From a virus (taxonomy: Duplodnaviria; Heunggongvirae; Uroviricota; Caudoviricetes): DNA of 64,000 bases. The notes under the pieces were generated by a model. It was not told where the DNA came from and made no database searches. It saw only the letters and a list, made by a program, of their open reading frames with translations. Both the position numbers and the translations under genes were made by a program. The stretch spans positions 45,308 through 109,307 of the IMG/VR virus record IMGVR_UViG_3300043395_001986; one strand, 5' to 3'. Positions 19,948 to 30,220 of the stretch are shown piece by piece (positions within the stretch are counted from its first letter, which is position 1; every line of letters starts with the position of its first letter).

Positions 19948-21401
19948 AATTAGGCGTATGTGTACCATATAGAAACAGAGAAGAACATTTAGCAAAATTT
20001 TCACCTCATGTTCATGAATTTCTTAAAAAAAGAGGAATAGACCATAAGATTTATTTTGCACACCAATGCGACGATAAATTGTTCAACAGAGGTAAAATGA
20101 AAAATATTGCAGCGGATATTGCATTTAAAGATGGGTGTGATTATATCGTATGGCATGATATTGATATGTTACCAGAAGATGATTCCTGTGATTATAGTTA
20201 CAATCCTGATACTCCAAAACATTTGGCAGTAAGAATATCACAATCAGATTATAACCTCAAATATGAGGAGTATTTTGGTGGCGCCGTATTGTTTACAAAG
20301 GAGCAGGTTATGAAAACCAATGGTTACTCAAATGATTATTGGGATTGGGGTATGGAAGATGATGATTTGTTTTGGAGATGCGTTGTGAACGGATACGCTG
20401 ACCAAAAGTATTTACACGACAAATATGTTCAAAAAGTTTTACATTTTAATGGAAAAAATTCATCAGTAGAAATACCTGTAAGTAGGAATATTAGGGGATT
20501 ATGTTCACGTTCTCATACTGTCTCAATTTTAGTAAAAGCAGAACAGCAATTAGATAAGGCTCCATTGTATTTAATTGGTGATGATGAAAGAAGATTTGTG
20601 GAATATCCTATAATAAGAAGACCTGGATATGATTGGGGATTGAGTTATAATAATAGTAGAGCATATACAACTATGTTATGGAATTATGAAAAGGAATTTT
20701 TATATATGTGGATGAAAAGATACGAAGAACAATGGACATGGGTAACATTGACAGTTGATGATGAAACAAAAGAAATTCGTTTGTATTTAAATGGAAAGGA
20801 AAGTGATAGTAGATTTGGAACAGGTGTGCCATCACCATTAAAATATAATGGATTATTGAAACGATATGCAAGTGAACCATATATATTAGGAACAACAAAT
20901 TCATTAGCAGATTCACATCCTGCAAAATGGTTTAAAGGTTCAATTGCAAAAGTTGCAATGTGGGACAGATGTTTATCAGAAGAAGAAATTCAACAAAGTA
21001 TTTTAGGTGAACCTATTAAAGAAGATTTGCAATTATATTATGATTTTGCAAAATCTAGATTTGGATTAATAAATGATTTAAGTGGAAATGACAACTATGG
21101 AAATATATTTAATATAACTGAAATAGAAGATGAAATTGCAATTCCATATACAATATTACCACATCGGAGAGATGGTAAATTCTTTTGTTTACCACACCAA
21201 ACAGAAGGATTAATCCAAATAGATGGTGTAGATAAATGGGCTAAAGGAGAAACAACTGCAAGAAATGAAAGAAGATATGTTCTTCAAATGCAACAAGGTG
21301 AATGGGATTGGAAAAATGATGGGATGAATAACTTAACCTATGAGTTATTATCAATAGAAGATATAGGTAACAATTCAGTAATAATAAATTGTAAATGCTA
21401 A
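19944..21401 (+). CDS. GT7 glycosyltransferase with inserted LamG domain
   Basis: VPYRNREEHL, FNRGKMKN, WHDIDM, YFGGA, NGYSNDYWDWGMEDDDL; LamG; C-terminal H...DGMN. Confidence 0.85.
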   Translation: MKLGVCVPYRNREEHLAKFSPHVHEFLKKRGIDHKIYFAHQCDDKLFNRGKMKNIAADIAFKDGCDYIVWHDIDMLPEDDSCDYSYNPDTPKHLAVRISQSDYNLKYEEYFGGAVLFTKEQVMKTNGYSNDYWDWGMEDDDLFWRCVVNGYADQKYLHDKYVQKVLHFNGKNSSVEIPVSRNIRGLCSRSHTVSILVKAEQQLDKAPLYLIGDDERRFVEYPIIRRPGYDWGLSYNNSRAYTTMLWNYEKEFLYMWMKRYEEQWTWVTLTVDDETKEIRLYLNGKESDSRFGTGVPSPLKYNGLLKRYASEPYILGTTNSLADSHPAKWFKGSIAKVAMWDRCLSEEEIQQSILGEPIKEDLQLYYDFAKSRFGLINDLSGNDNYGNIFNITEIEDEIAIPYTILPHRRDGKFFCLPHQTEGLIQIDGVDKWAKGETTARNERRYVLQMQQGEWDWKNDGMNNLTYELLSIEDIGNNSVIINCKC

Positions 21402-21404
21402 TAA

Positions 21405-22799
21405 ATGATAAGTAATAATTTTTTTGATGATGTAAGATATAAACTCAATTCAGTAGGACCTGGATTTTGTTTGGCTAAATGGAAACAGGTTACATTACAT
21501 CTACACATTGGTCACAATCATAGTTGTCACCACCCGGGTACACATAAAATTTCTGAAAGAGAAATAGCAGAAGACCCATCGCATCTTCACAATACTCGAT
21601 TTAAAAAAGAGAGAAGAAAGGAAATGTTAGAAGGTAAAAGACCTAAAGAGTGCGATTATTGTTGGAGAGTAGAAGATAGTTCCGATGCGTTTTCCGATAG
21701 AACATTTAAATCAGCAGAACCATGGGCGTTACCATATTATAATCAAATAAAAAACCTACCAGCAGATGCGAATGTATTACCATCATATGTAGAAGTATCA
21801 TTTAGTAATGCATGTAACTTTAAATGTTCATATTGTGCACCACCATTTTCAACACAATGGATGGAAGAAATTGAACAATTTGGTGCATATCCAACTGCGG
21901 GTAAATTTAATGGATTAGAACATTTCCAATTAAGTGATAGAATGCCAATACCACAAAATCAGCACAATCCTTATGTAGAAGCGTTTTGGAAATGGTGGCC
22001 TGAATTATATAAAGGATTACATACATTTCGTATAACTGGTGGTGAACCATTTATGCATAAAGATACATTTAAGGTATTGGATTATATTTTGGAAACACCA
22101 AATCCAAATAAAAACTTAGCATTAAGTATGAATAGTAATTTGGGAGTTCCTGATAAGTTATTCAATAAAGCAAAGGAAAAATTAAAAGAGATAAGTGATA
22201 GAGGATTGGTTAGAGAATTGATTTTATTTACATCAGTAGATACACATGGTGCACAGGCCGAATATATTAGAAATGGATTAGTATATAATCAATTGATGGA
22301 TAGAATGGATATTTTGTTAAAAGAAATACCAAGATTAACAATTATCATTATGAGTACATATAACGCATTATCTGTTCCAAAATATAAAAAATTAATTCAC
22401 GAAGTATATGATTTAAAAGCATTATATGCAGATGAAAATCGTTATTATCAACAATCGGTTTTATTGGATAGTTCATATCTTCGTTGGCCATCACATCAAC
22501 ATATTAAATTATTAGATAATCATTGGTCAAAAGAAATAATGGAGCAGGCACAACTTATGGATTTTTATGAGTTTAGTAGAGTTGGAGCAGGCTGTTGGGG
22601 ATATAGTGATGTTGAAATTGTTAAAATGAAAAGAATAGCTGATTATATGAAATCAGTAGAAAATGAAGAAGCTATAAAATACGATAGACAAGATTTCTAT
22701 CGCTTTTTTAGCGAACATGATAGACGAAGAGGAACTGATTTTTGTAAAACATTCCCCGAATTAGAAGAATTTTATAATAAATGTAAAGAGTTATGTTAA
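21405..22799 (+). CDS. Radical SAM protein with N-terminal Twitch/SPASM-like Cys cluster
   Basis: CNFKCSYC and ITGGEP; N-terminal CLAKW..HSCHH..ECDYCW. Confidence 0.88.
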   Translation: MISNNFFDDVRYKLNSVGPGFCLAKWKQVTLHLHIGHNHSCHHPGTHKISEREIAEDPSHLHNTRFKKERRKEMLEGKRPKECDYCWRVEDSSDAFSDRTFKSAEPWALPYYNQIKNLPADANVLPSYVEVSFSNACNFKCSYCAPPFSTQWMEEIEQFGAYPTAGKFNGLEHFQLSDRMPIPQNQHNPYVEAFWKWWPELYKGLHTFRITGGEPFMHKDTFKVLDYILETPNPNKNLALSMNSNLGVPDKLFNKAKEKLKEISDRGLVRELILFTSVDTHGAQAEYIRNGLVYNQLMDRMDILLKEIPRLTIIIMSTYNALSVPKYKKLIHEVYDLKALYADENRYYQQSVLLDSSYLRWPSHQHIKLLDNHWSKEIMEQAQLMDFYEFSRVGAGCWGYSDVEIVKMKRIADYMKSVENEEAIKYDRQDFYRFFSEHDRRRGTDFCKTFPELEEFYNKCKELC

Positions 22800-23629
22800 A
22801 TGAATATGTAAAATTTACGGATAATCTTTCCGTACAGGTCTATGAAAATAGTAAACATGGTACATCTATGAAAGATGATGCTGTTAAAACTTTTTTTAAT
22901 AAAACATTTAGCATATACGCTAAATTTAAATTAGATAAAACTGCCTTTTGTAATGCAGAAAATACATATGGTGTATTTGCTAAACAAGGAATGCACTCTG
23001 GTGTTTGGTTAAGAGATAGTTGCGTTGTTGGTTTGGTTTTTACTCAAGATGAAAAAAATAATGTTAAAGAAATAGCGTTACCAATATGGATAGATGAAAA
23101 AGAGTTTTATGGTGAGATACAAATTTTATTTCAAGTAGATAATGAAAATAAAAAAGTAAAACTATATGTAAATGATAAAGAAGCAGAAGCAACATTGGAT
23201 AATCCAGTAGTAGATTATTCACAGGCACCTTTTTGGATTGGAGCATGTGCACCCTGGTATACCGAAGATTTACAATGGTTTTTTAATGGGGAAATATATG
23301 AATTTGCAATAAATGAAAAATTCTTAAATGAAGAACAAGTAAAAACAATATTTGTAAATAAAGGATATACTAATATTGTTAATTCTGAAATAAATGAATC
23401 TTTATTTGCTTGGTATGAATTTACTATTAAAAATTTTAGTAGATTTAAAGTGTTTGATAAAAGTAATAATGGTAACCATGGAATAGTACCAGATTGGCAT
23501 TTTTTAGAGGTTAGAGATAAATTACAAGCATATAGTAGGGATAAAATAGAAATAAGCGAATTTGGAAAAAAATTAATACCAAAAAAAGAAGAAGTAAAAA
23601 ATAAAAGTAATCCATTTAATCTTATATAA
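22793..23629 (+). CDS. Stand-alone LamG/concanavalin-like domain protein
   Basis: KLYVN, FWIGA, FNGEIYE, DKSNNGNHG; FAKQGMHSG resembles FGKQGYNAG in the 16711 insert. Confidence 0.7.
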   Translation: MLNEYVKFTDNLSVQVYENSKHGTSMKDDAVKTFFNKTFSIYAKFKLDKTAFCNAENTYGVFAKQGMHSGVWLRDSCVVGLVFTQDEKNNVKEIALPIWIDEKEFYGEIQILFQVDNENKKVKLYVNDKEAEATLDNPVVDYSQAPFWIGACAPWYTEDLQWFFNGEIYEFAINEKFLNEEQVKTIFVNKGYTNIVNSEINESLFAWYEFTIKNFSRFKVFDKSNNGNHGIVPDWHFLEVRDKLQAYSRDKIEISEFGKKLIPKKEEVKNKSNPFNLI

Positions 23630-23630
23630 A

Positions 23631-24599
23631 ATGAAAATATTAATCACCGGTGGCGCGGGATATTTAGGTTCAGTTATAACAAAAAAAATGTTAGATGTAG
23701 GACATGAAGTAACGGTCGTAGACAATCTTTCATTTAAGCAGTTATCACCATTAAATCATACAGCAAATCCAAACTATAATTTTATCAATGTTGATGTAAG
23801 ACAAAAATTAGTGTTAAAAAGATTGGTAGCGTTTCATGATGTTATTATACCATTAGCTGCAATTGTTGGATTTCCTGCGTGTAAAGCAGACCCACAATTA
23901 GCATGGGATGTAAATTTTCATCAAATTGAAACAATATTAGAAGCAGTAGATGACCATCACATAATACTTTATCCAAATACAAATAGTGGATATGGTATAG
24001 GTGAAGGACAAACCGAATGTACAGAAACATCACCATTAAATCCAATTTCAGTTTATGGTGAAAGTAAAGTAGCGGCTGAAAAATTATTATTAGAAAGTTC
24101 ATCTGCTGTATGTTTCCGTTTAGCAACTGTCTTTGGTACATCACCAAGAATGAGAACAGATTTATTAGTAAATGAATTTGTTTACAAAGCAATGACAGAT
24201 AAATATATTACCGTCTTTGAGAAGAATTTTAAAAGAAATTTTATTCATATTCAAGATGTTGCAAATGTATTTTTACATGCATTAAACAATTATGATAAAA
24301 TGAAACATAATGTTTATAATGTTGGATTGAGTGATGCAAATTTAAGTAAACAAGAATTATTAGAAAAAATTAAAGAACATATACCTGATTTTGCAATTAC
24401 ATATTCTGATTTTTATGAGGACCCGGATAAAAGAGATTATATTGTATCAAACTCAAAAATAGAAGCAACTGGTTGGAAACCGCAATATACATTAGATGAT
24501 GGTATATTAGAATTGATGAAAGGGTATAGAGTTTTAATACCAAGAATGACATCGGAATTTAGAAACGGATTTCCTTTGGGATATGCACAAAACTTTTAA
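23631..24599 (+). CDS. NAD-dependent nucleotide-sugar epimerase/dehydratase
   Basis: ITGGAGYLG, YGESK, RNFIHIQD. Confidence 0.9.
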   Translation: MKILITGGAGYLGSVITKKMLDVGHEVTVVDNLSFKQLSPLNHTANPNYNFINVDVRQKLVLKRLVAFHDVIIPLAAIVGFPACKADPQLAWDVNFHQIETILEAVDDHHIILYPNTNSGYGIGEGQTECTETSPLNPISVYGESKVAAEKLLLESSSAVCFRLATVFGTSPRMRTDLLVNEFVYKAMTDKYITVFEKNFKRNFIHIQDVANVFLHALNNYDKMKHNVYNVGLSDANLSKQELLEKIKEHIPDFAITYSDFYEDPDKRDYIVSNSKIEATGWKPQYTLDDGILELMKGYRVLIPRMTSEFRNGFPLGYAQNF

Positions 24600-24601
24600 G
24601 T

Positions 24602-25138
24602 ATGAGTAGCAAATGGGACGAGTTCAAAATAACTCCATCAAAAAAATTTGGTATAGAAGTTCCACAATTTCAACCATCGGTATTTAGAGAATACAGAGGC
24701 GAGATATTTACAACCTTTCATTCAAAAGAACACCCTGTAATGAATTATGTGAGTGATGGATGTGAAATACATGGTAGGTTTTCTCGTTCATACAAAGGTG
24801 TATTGAGAGGATTGCACTGGGATAATAAGACTTGGAAATTAGTTCAAGCAGCAGTTGGTGATATCTATTTAGTTGTATTAGATATGAGAAAAAATAGTCC
24901 TACATTTGGTGAATGGGAAAATTATATTATAAGTGAGAGATTAAGAAATCAAGTATTAGTTCCACCAGGATTTGCAAACGGACACTATGCATTAACCGAT
25001 TGTATGTTTCATTATAATTTATTTTATAAAGATGGTTATGTAGATGCGGATGAGCAAGGCGTAGTGAAGTGGAATGACCCGGAATATCAAATTGAATGGC
25101 CAACAAATAATCCAATATTACAAAAAAGAGACAGATGA
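24602..25138 (+). CDS. rmlC: dTDP-4-dehydrorhamnose 3,5-epimerase family protein
   Basis: RGE.F, SYKGVLRGLH, DMRKNSPTFGEW, VPPGFANG, WNDP..IEWP. Confidence 0.85.
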   Translation: MSSKWDEFKITPSKKFGIEVPQFQPSVFREYRGEIFTTFHSKEHPVMNYVSDGCEIHGRFSRSYKGVLRGLHWDNKTWKLVQAAVGDIYLVVLDMRKNSPTFGEWENYIISERLRNQVLVPPGFANGHYALTDCMFHYNLFYKDGYVDADEQGVVKWNDPEYQIEWPTNNPILQKRDR

Positions 25139-25767
25139 TAAAAAATTTAGAAAAATATCCAGTTGTATCTGAAGCTAGATTTACAAAGGATGAATTAGTT
25201 AATTACGAAAGAATGATTGCTGACCATTGGGAAGCAGGTAGAATTAAAGGACCAGTTCATTTAAGTGGTGGTAATGAAGAACAATTAATTGAAATTGGAA
25301 AAAGAATTAAAGAAACCGATTGGGTATTTTCAACCTGGCGTTCTCACTATCATGCACTAATCAAAGGTGTATGCCCGGTTTGGTTAGAAGAAGAAATATT
25401 AGCAGGTAGAAGTATTACCATTGTTAGCGAAGAACAAAGATTTTATGCAAGTGCAATTGTAGGTGCAATTATACCAATAGCAACCGGTGTAGCAATGGTA
25501 AACAAACGTGATGGTAAAGATGATAAAGTTTGGTGCTTTGTTGGTGATATGGCATTTGAAACGGGTGGTTTCTATGAAATGCATAAATACGCAGTAAATT
25601 TTGACTTACCAATTGTATTTGTAGTTGAAGATAACGGAGTATCAACAAATACACCAACAGAAGCAACTTGGAATGTTAAAAAAGATATTCCTTCGGAAAA
25701 AGTTATTTGGTATAATTATGAAAAAGTGTGGCCGCACTACGGAACAGGAAAATGGGTAATTTTTTAA
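25135..25767 (+). CDS. TPP-dependent E1-alpha-like subunit (short)
   Basis: GPVHLSGGNEE, STWRSHYH, GDMA...EDN TPP-binding motif. Confidence 0.85.
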   Translation: MIKNLEKYPVVSEARFTKDELVNYERMIADHWEAGRIKGPVHLSGGNEEQLIEIGKRIKETDWVFSTWRSHYHALIKGVCPVWLEEEILAGRSITIVSEEQRFYASAIVGAIIPIATGVAMVNKRDGKDDKVWCFVGDMAFETGGFYEMHKYAVNFDLPIVFVVEDNGVSTNTPTEATWNVKKDIPSEKVIWYNYEKVWPHYGTGKWVIF

Positions 25768-27242
25768 ATTTAGTTTTTGATAAAGAAATAGATGGGTGTT
25801 TTATTCCAAACGGAAATACCGATGATATTATAAAATCTTTAGATAAAGTTAGAGAATTTTATGATAATCAAAGTTGGGAAGATTTTACACGCCATTGTCA
25901 CGATGGAATGTGGGATGCATATGTAAAAAATAAAAATGAAAAAGTTTACAATTATGTATATAATAAACCATATAAATGGTATGGGTATTGGGAAGGTATT
26001 GATGAAAGAAAATATAGGTTTAAGTTACAGAATTCAGAAGATAGATGGACGGTTCATCTAAAAAATATAGATGATATTGTAGAAGGTGAACAAAACATAT
26101 ATTTGGTAGATTTTAAAGGTAATGTTCTTTTTATTTTTGCAGAAGAACCAGAATGGATAGAACCAAATGGTAGGGGTTACAGACCTGGTAAATTATTTAA
26201 TTTAAGTGATAAAGTTTTAACGGCATTAAAAGATAGAAAAATAAAGTTAGTTTTATCAAATATAGAAGAAGGTGGTGGTGATATAAATTTATTCTTTGAT
26301 TGTGTATATTCTTCTATAAAATTTTATGATTTACCTGCTGATTTAATTTATATTATACATGGTAATCATAATATAGAAGAATTATACGAAGAATACTGCA
26401 TAGAAAATAAAATAGATAATAAAATAAAAGTTTATAAATCAGAATATCTTTTTGAAATAATATCAAAAAGTATGCAGATGAATATCGGTAGAGTAGATAA
26501 ATTGGGATATGATATAAAAGACCTTACCGAAAAAGAAGTTTTAGATAACTTGGATAGAAATAAAAAATTTATTTTATTAAATAGAAATGCATATAAACCT
26601 CACCGATTTTATTTATTATCTAAATTAAATCAAATAGGAGCGTTGGATGATAGCTATTTTTCTTGTCTTTTTAATAACGAAGGAGATATTAAATACGAAA
26701 ATTATTTAGAACCAATATTAAGTAAAGAAGATTTTGAAAAAGAGCTACCGATAATGAAAGCCTTTCAAGATTTAGGCTCCGTAAAAATACCAGAAGAAAG
26801 AACACAATTGGAAAATTTAAAAGAATTTTTTGATGTATTTGCAAATACAGATTATACATTGTTTAAAAATTCATATTTTTCAATTGTATCAGAAACTTGC
26901 TTTGAAGATAATTCTGCCCATTTGACAGAAAAAACTTGTAAAGCATTATATTATTTTCATCCATTTATAATTGTTGGTGGTTATAAACATTTATATCATT
27001 TAAAAGAAAGAGGATTTAAAACATTTGATAAATGGATTGATGAAAGTTATGATTTGATAAAAGACCCAAAGGAAAGAATGAAAGCGGTTTTAAAAGAAAT
27101 TGAAAAAATTAATAACATAGAAACACTTAAAAAAATCTATATAGAAAGTTTTGATATATTAAAACATAATCATGACATGTATATGGATTTAAAAAATAAA
27201 TCTTTTTTATCTAAAATTTTAGTTCAAATTGCAAACGATTAA
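25752..27242 (+). CDS. TEK-motif protein (possible GT10-like glycosyltransferase), paralog 1
   Basis: LNR...HR, FSIVSET, LTEKTCK, HPFIIVG, GFKTF, DESYD; ATG at 25752 aligns with the paralogs' N-terminal IPN motif. Confidence 0.55.
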   Translation: MGNFLNLVFDKEIDGCFIPNGNTDDIIKSLDKVREFYDNQSWEDFTRHCHDGMWDAYVKNKNEKVYNYVYNKPYKWYGYWEGIDERKYRFKLQNSEDRWTVHLKNIDDIVEGEQNIYLVDFKGNVLFIFAEEPEWIEPNGRGYRPGKLFNLSDKVLTALKDRKIKLVLSNIEEGGGDINLFFDCVYSSIKFYDLPADLIYIIHGNHNIEELYEEYCIENKIDNKIKVYKSEYLFEIISKSMQMNIGRVDKLGYDIKDLTEKEVLDNLDRNKKFILLNRNAYKPHRFYLLSKLNQIGALDDSYFSCLFNNEGDIKYENYLEPILSKEDFEKELPIMKAFQDLGSVKIPEERTQLENLKEFFDVFANTDYTLFKNSYFSIVSETCFEDNSAHLTEKTCKALYYFHPFIIVGGYKHLYHLKERGFKTFDKWIDESYDLIKDPKERMKAVLKEIEKINNIETLKKIYIESFDILKHNHDMYMDLKNKSFLSKILVQIAND

Positions 27243-28527
27243 ATTATATTACAAAGATTGGTATGATGGAAAATATCCAATACCAAATGGAACATCAAAT
27301 GATGATATACAAAAAATGAATTTTCATAATTTGGAGTCATTTAATGAATTTAAAAAATATATACACATAAATTTTAATTCAACACGTCACACAGAATTTG
27401 TTGCAAATCAAAATGTAGAAGAAGAAAGACCTGGTTTAATTAAACTTTCTCTTGATAATGAAAGAAAGATTTATCTTACAAACAATCATGAAAATTGTCA
27501 TTTCATTTTATTTTGTGGAAAGGTTAGATATGATAGTTTAGATTTTGAAAAAGTAAAAGAACTTAAAAGTTTAGGAAAGCCATTTTTGTTTATTAATATG
27601 CACGAAGGTAGTTATGATGATTGGTCTCATAATAAATTAAAAGAGCAAATTGGATATGATAATTGTATATTTGTTTCGGGTAATACAATATACGAAAGTT
27701 TAGAAACCGATAAAGGAATATGGTTTCCATTTTTCGCATATAGTATGGGACAAGAAATAAAACAATATGAAACAACAACACGTCAGTTTTATTTAAATGA
27801 TAATCTAATTAAAATTGGAGAGGTTGATAGGTGGATATCTCAACCAAAAGAAAAAAAATATTATTCATTAAATAAAAGTGCAAATAGAGCACATAGAGCA
27901 GTTTTATTGTTGTGGTTGTATAAAAATGGATATTTGGATGAAGGATATGTATCTGCTTTATTATGTGAACATATAGATTATTCCGATGAACTATTTAAAA
28001 CAATGAAAGGATATAGGAATATGCGAGCGTTGACTAAAGAAATTTCTGATGAATTTATAAAAATATTACCACTAACATTAGATGCGACAACACCAGAAGA
28101 AATATCAGAACATGCATCACCAAAGTATAATATTGCAAACTATTATGAAAATACTTGTTTTAATATTGTAACCGAAACAGATTTCTTTTCAAAAGGATGT
28201 AATATAACGGAAAAAATATTTAAACCAATTCTTAATGGACAATTTTTTATACCAATTGGTAATAGGCATTTAGTAAAAAATTTAGAAAAATTAGGATTTA
28301 AAAAGTATACTATTTTGGATTATTCTTTTGATGAATGTGAACATGATTTTGAAAGATTAGATATGGTTTTATCCCAAATAGATAAATTTATGAAATTATC
28401 AAAAGAAGAATTGGTTGAATTAATAAAAAAAGATATAGATATTATTAGAGAAAATCAAAAACATTTCTTATCTTTGAATATTAATGATGGATTTAAAGTT
28501 TTATTTGACAAAATAAATAATTTATGA
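27229..28527 (+). CDS. TEK-motif protein, paralog 2
   Basis: SLNK...HR, FNIVTET, ITEKIFKP, D.SFD; TTG start. Confidence 0.55.
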   Translation: MQTIKLYYKDWYDGKYPIPNGTSNDDIQKMNFHNLESFNEFKKYIHINFNSTRHTEFVANQNVEEERPGLIKLSLDNERKIYLTNNHENCHFILFCGKVRYDSLDFEKVKELKSLGKPFLFINMHEGSYDDWSHNKLKEQIGYDNCIFVSGNTIYESLETDKGIWFPFFAYSMGQEIKQYETTTRQFYLNDNLIKIGEVDRWISQPKEKKYYSLNKSANRAHRAVLLLWLYKNGYLDEGYVSALLCEHIDYSDELFKTMKGYRNMRALTKEISDEFIKILPLTLDATTPEEISEHASPKYNIANYYENTCFNIVTETDFFSKGCNITEKIFKPILNGQFFIPIGNRHLVKNLEKLGFKKYTILDYSFDECEHDFERLDMVLSQIDKFMKLSKEELVELIKKDIDIIRENQKHFLSLNINDGFKVLFDKINNL

Positions 28528-29462
28528 AAAAGGTTTTAATAACAGGATGCAGTGGATTGGTGGGAACACATTTAGTAAAAAAATGTATAGATTTAGGATA
28601 TAAAGTAATTGGTGTAGATATCAATAGAAGTAAAAATCTACCAGATATTGGGTGGCAATTTATACAGGATGATTTAACTAAACCATTTGCAATAGAGAGT
28701 TTATTTATGAATAATAAATTCGATGCGGTATTTAATACATTTGGTGTAAAAGGTTCACCAATGAGAGCAAAAAATCAACCAGTAGACTTTCTATACCCAT
28801 CATTTAAAATTAATACAGAGATTATCAACCAATGTGCAAAGAATAATATTTGGTTGATATTTGTAAGTTCGGTTGGAGTATATGCACCAGCTGAAAAGTT
28901 TGTAGAAGATAGTGTATGGAAAACACTTCCATCCGAAGCAGATTGGTTTCCATCTTGGAGTAAAAGAATGGGTGAAATATTATTAGAAGCATATAAAGTT
29001 CAATATGATTATACTAAATGGTCAATAATTAGACCTGCAAATATTTTTGGAGAATATGATGATTTCAGCGGAAAGGGGACAGTTATTGCATCCACAATTA
29101 AAAAGATTTACGAAGCAGATTCGGATTCAATAGAAGCGTGGGGAGATGGTTCACCAATTAGAGATTTTGTTTACGGCGGTGATGTAGCAGATGCAATTTT
29201 ACAACTATATCAAAATGGTAAAAACGAAATTGTAAATTTTGGTGCAGGCGAAGAAATTACAATTAAACAAATGATTGAAACTCTTATTAAAATTAGTGGT
29301 AAAAATTTATCTATAAATTGGGATACTACAAAACCAAATGGAGACCTTCGTAGACAAATGGATACAACTAAACAAAAAGAAATTAGTTTATTACCAAAGT
29401 TAGGTTTTGAAAAAGCATTGGAAAAAAGTTATAACTTTTATAAAAAAAATTTAAATAAATAA
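28524..29462 (+). CDS. NAD(P)-dependent epimerase/reductase (GDP-fucose synthase-like)
   Basis: ITGCSGLVG, RPANIFG, WGDGSPIRDFVY, WDTTKPNG. Confidence 0.85.
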   Translation: MKKVLITGCSGLVGTHLVKKCIDLGYKVIGVDINRSKNLPDIGWQFIQDDLTKPFAIESLFMNNKFDAVFNTFGVKGSPMRAKNQPVDFLYPSFKINTEIINQCAKNNIWLIFVSSVGVYAPAEKFVEDSVWKTLPSEADWFPSWSKRMGEILLEAYKVQYDYTKWSIIRPANIFGEYDDFSGKGTVIASTIKKIYEADSDSIEAWGDGSPIRDFVYGGDVADAILQLYQNGKNEIVNFGAGEEITIKQMIETLIKISGKNLSINWDTTKPNGDLRRQMDTTKQKEISLLPKLGFEKALEKSYNFYKKNLNK

Positions 29463-29476
29463 TTATTAAAAAAGAT

Positions 29477-30220
29477 ATGGAAATTTTAGAAAAAGGATTT
29501 TCTGTAAGAAATATAAAAGATGTTTTATCAGAAGAAATGATTAATTATTTAATACAACTTACTGATATTTTTCCATTTGTAGAAAATAATAAAGAAGAAA
29601 TTTTAAGAAAAAGAGTTAGTTCAAATTATTCGGAAAGAAGTGCAGATGATACATATGATTATAAGGAAGGTGTAGAAAAACAACAATATCTTTTTAATAA
29701 TGCATATCACATTTCTCAAGCCTGGTCTTTTTTAAAACCATTTGAAATGTTCAAAGAAGCAGGAAAAGATGGAAGATTTGTAACAGAATTTGGAAACAAC
29801 CTACAAAAAATATCAGAAGATTTAATTAAATTTGAATATCCAAATTTTGATATAAACCCACAGGATGTTAGAAGTAGAGGAGGTTTAACTTATTATGAAG
29901 ATGGTGATTTTATAGAAATGCACGCCGATGGTAAAAATGAAACTCGTCTTTGTGTTATTTTATTATATCTAAACAAAGATTGGAATAGTGAGTGTGGTGG
30001 AGAATTGGTATTAGAAGATTCTGGACATAATAAAATAGCAGTAGTTCCACCTAAATTTGGTGATTATGTTATTCTAGATTTTGTTCAAAATAATGTAAGA
30101 CATGCAGTTAATCATATTAAGAATGGGTTTAAAAGATTTACCTTTGCTCATTTTATCGAATTAAGAGAAAATGAAAGGTCAAATTGTTGGAACGAATTCA
30201 AAAAAATAAAAGTAATATAA
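29477..30220 (+). CDS. 2OG-Fe(II) oxygenase
   Basis: HAD, LYLNKDW...GGEL, HAV, KRF. Confidence 0.85.
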   Translation: MEILEKGFSVRNIKDVLSEEMINYLIQLTDIFPFVENNKEEILRKRVSSNYSERSADDTYDYKEGVEKQQYLFNNAYHISQAWSFLKPFEMFKEAGKDGRFVTEFGNNLQKISEDLIKFEYPNFDINPQDVRSRGGLTYYEDGDFIEMHADGKNETRLCVILLYLNKDWNSECGGELVLEDSGHNKIAVVPPKFGDYVILDFVQNNVRHAVNHIKNGFKRFTFAHFIELRENERSNCWNEFKKIKVI

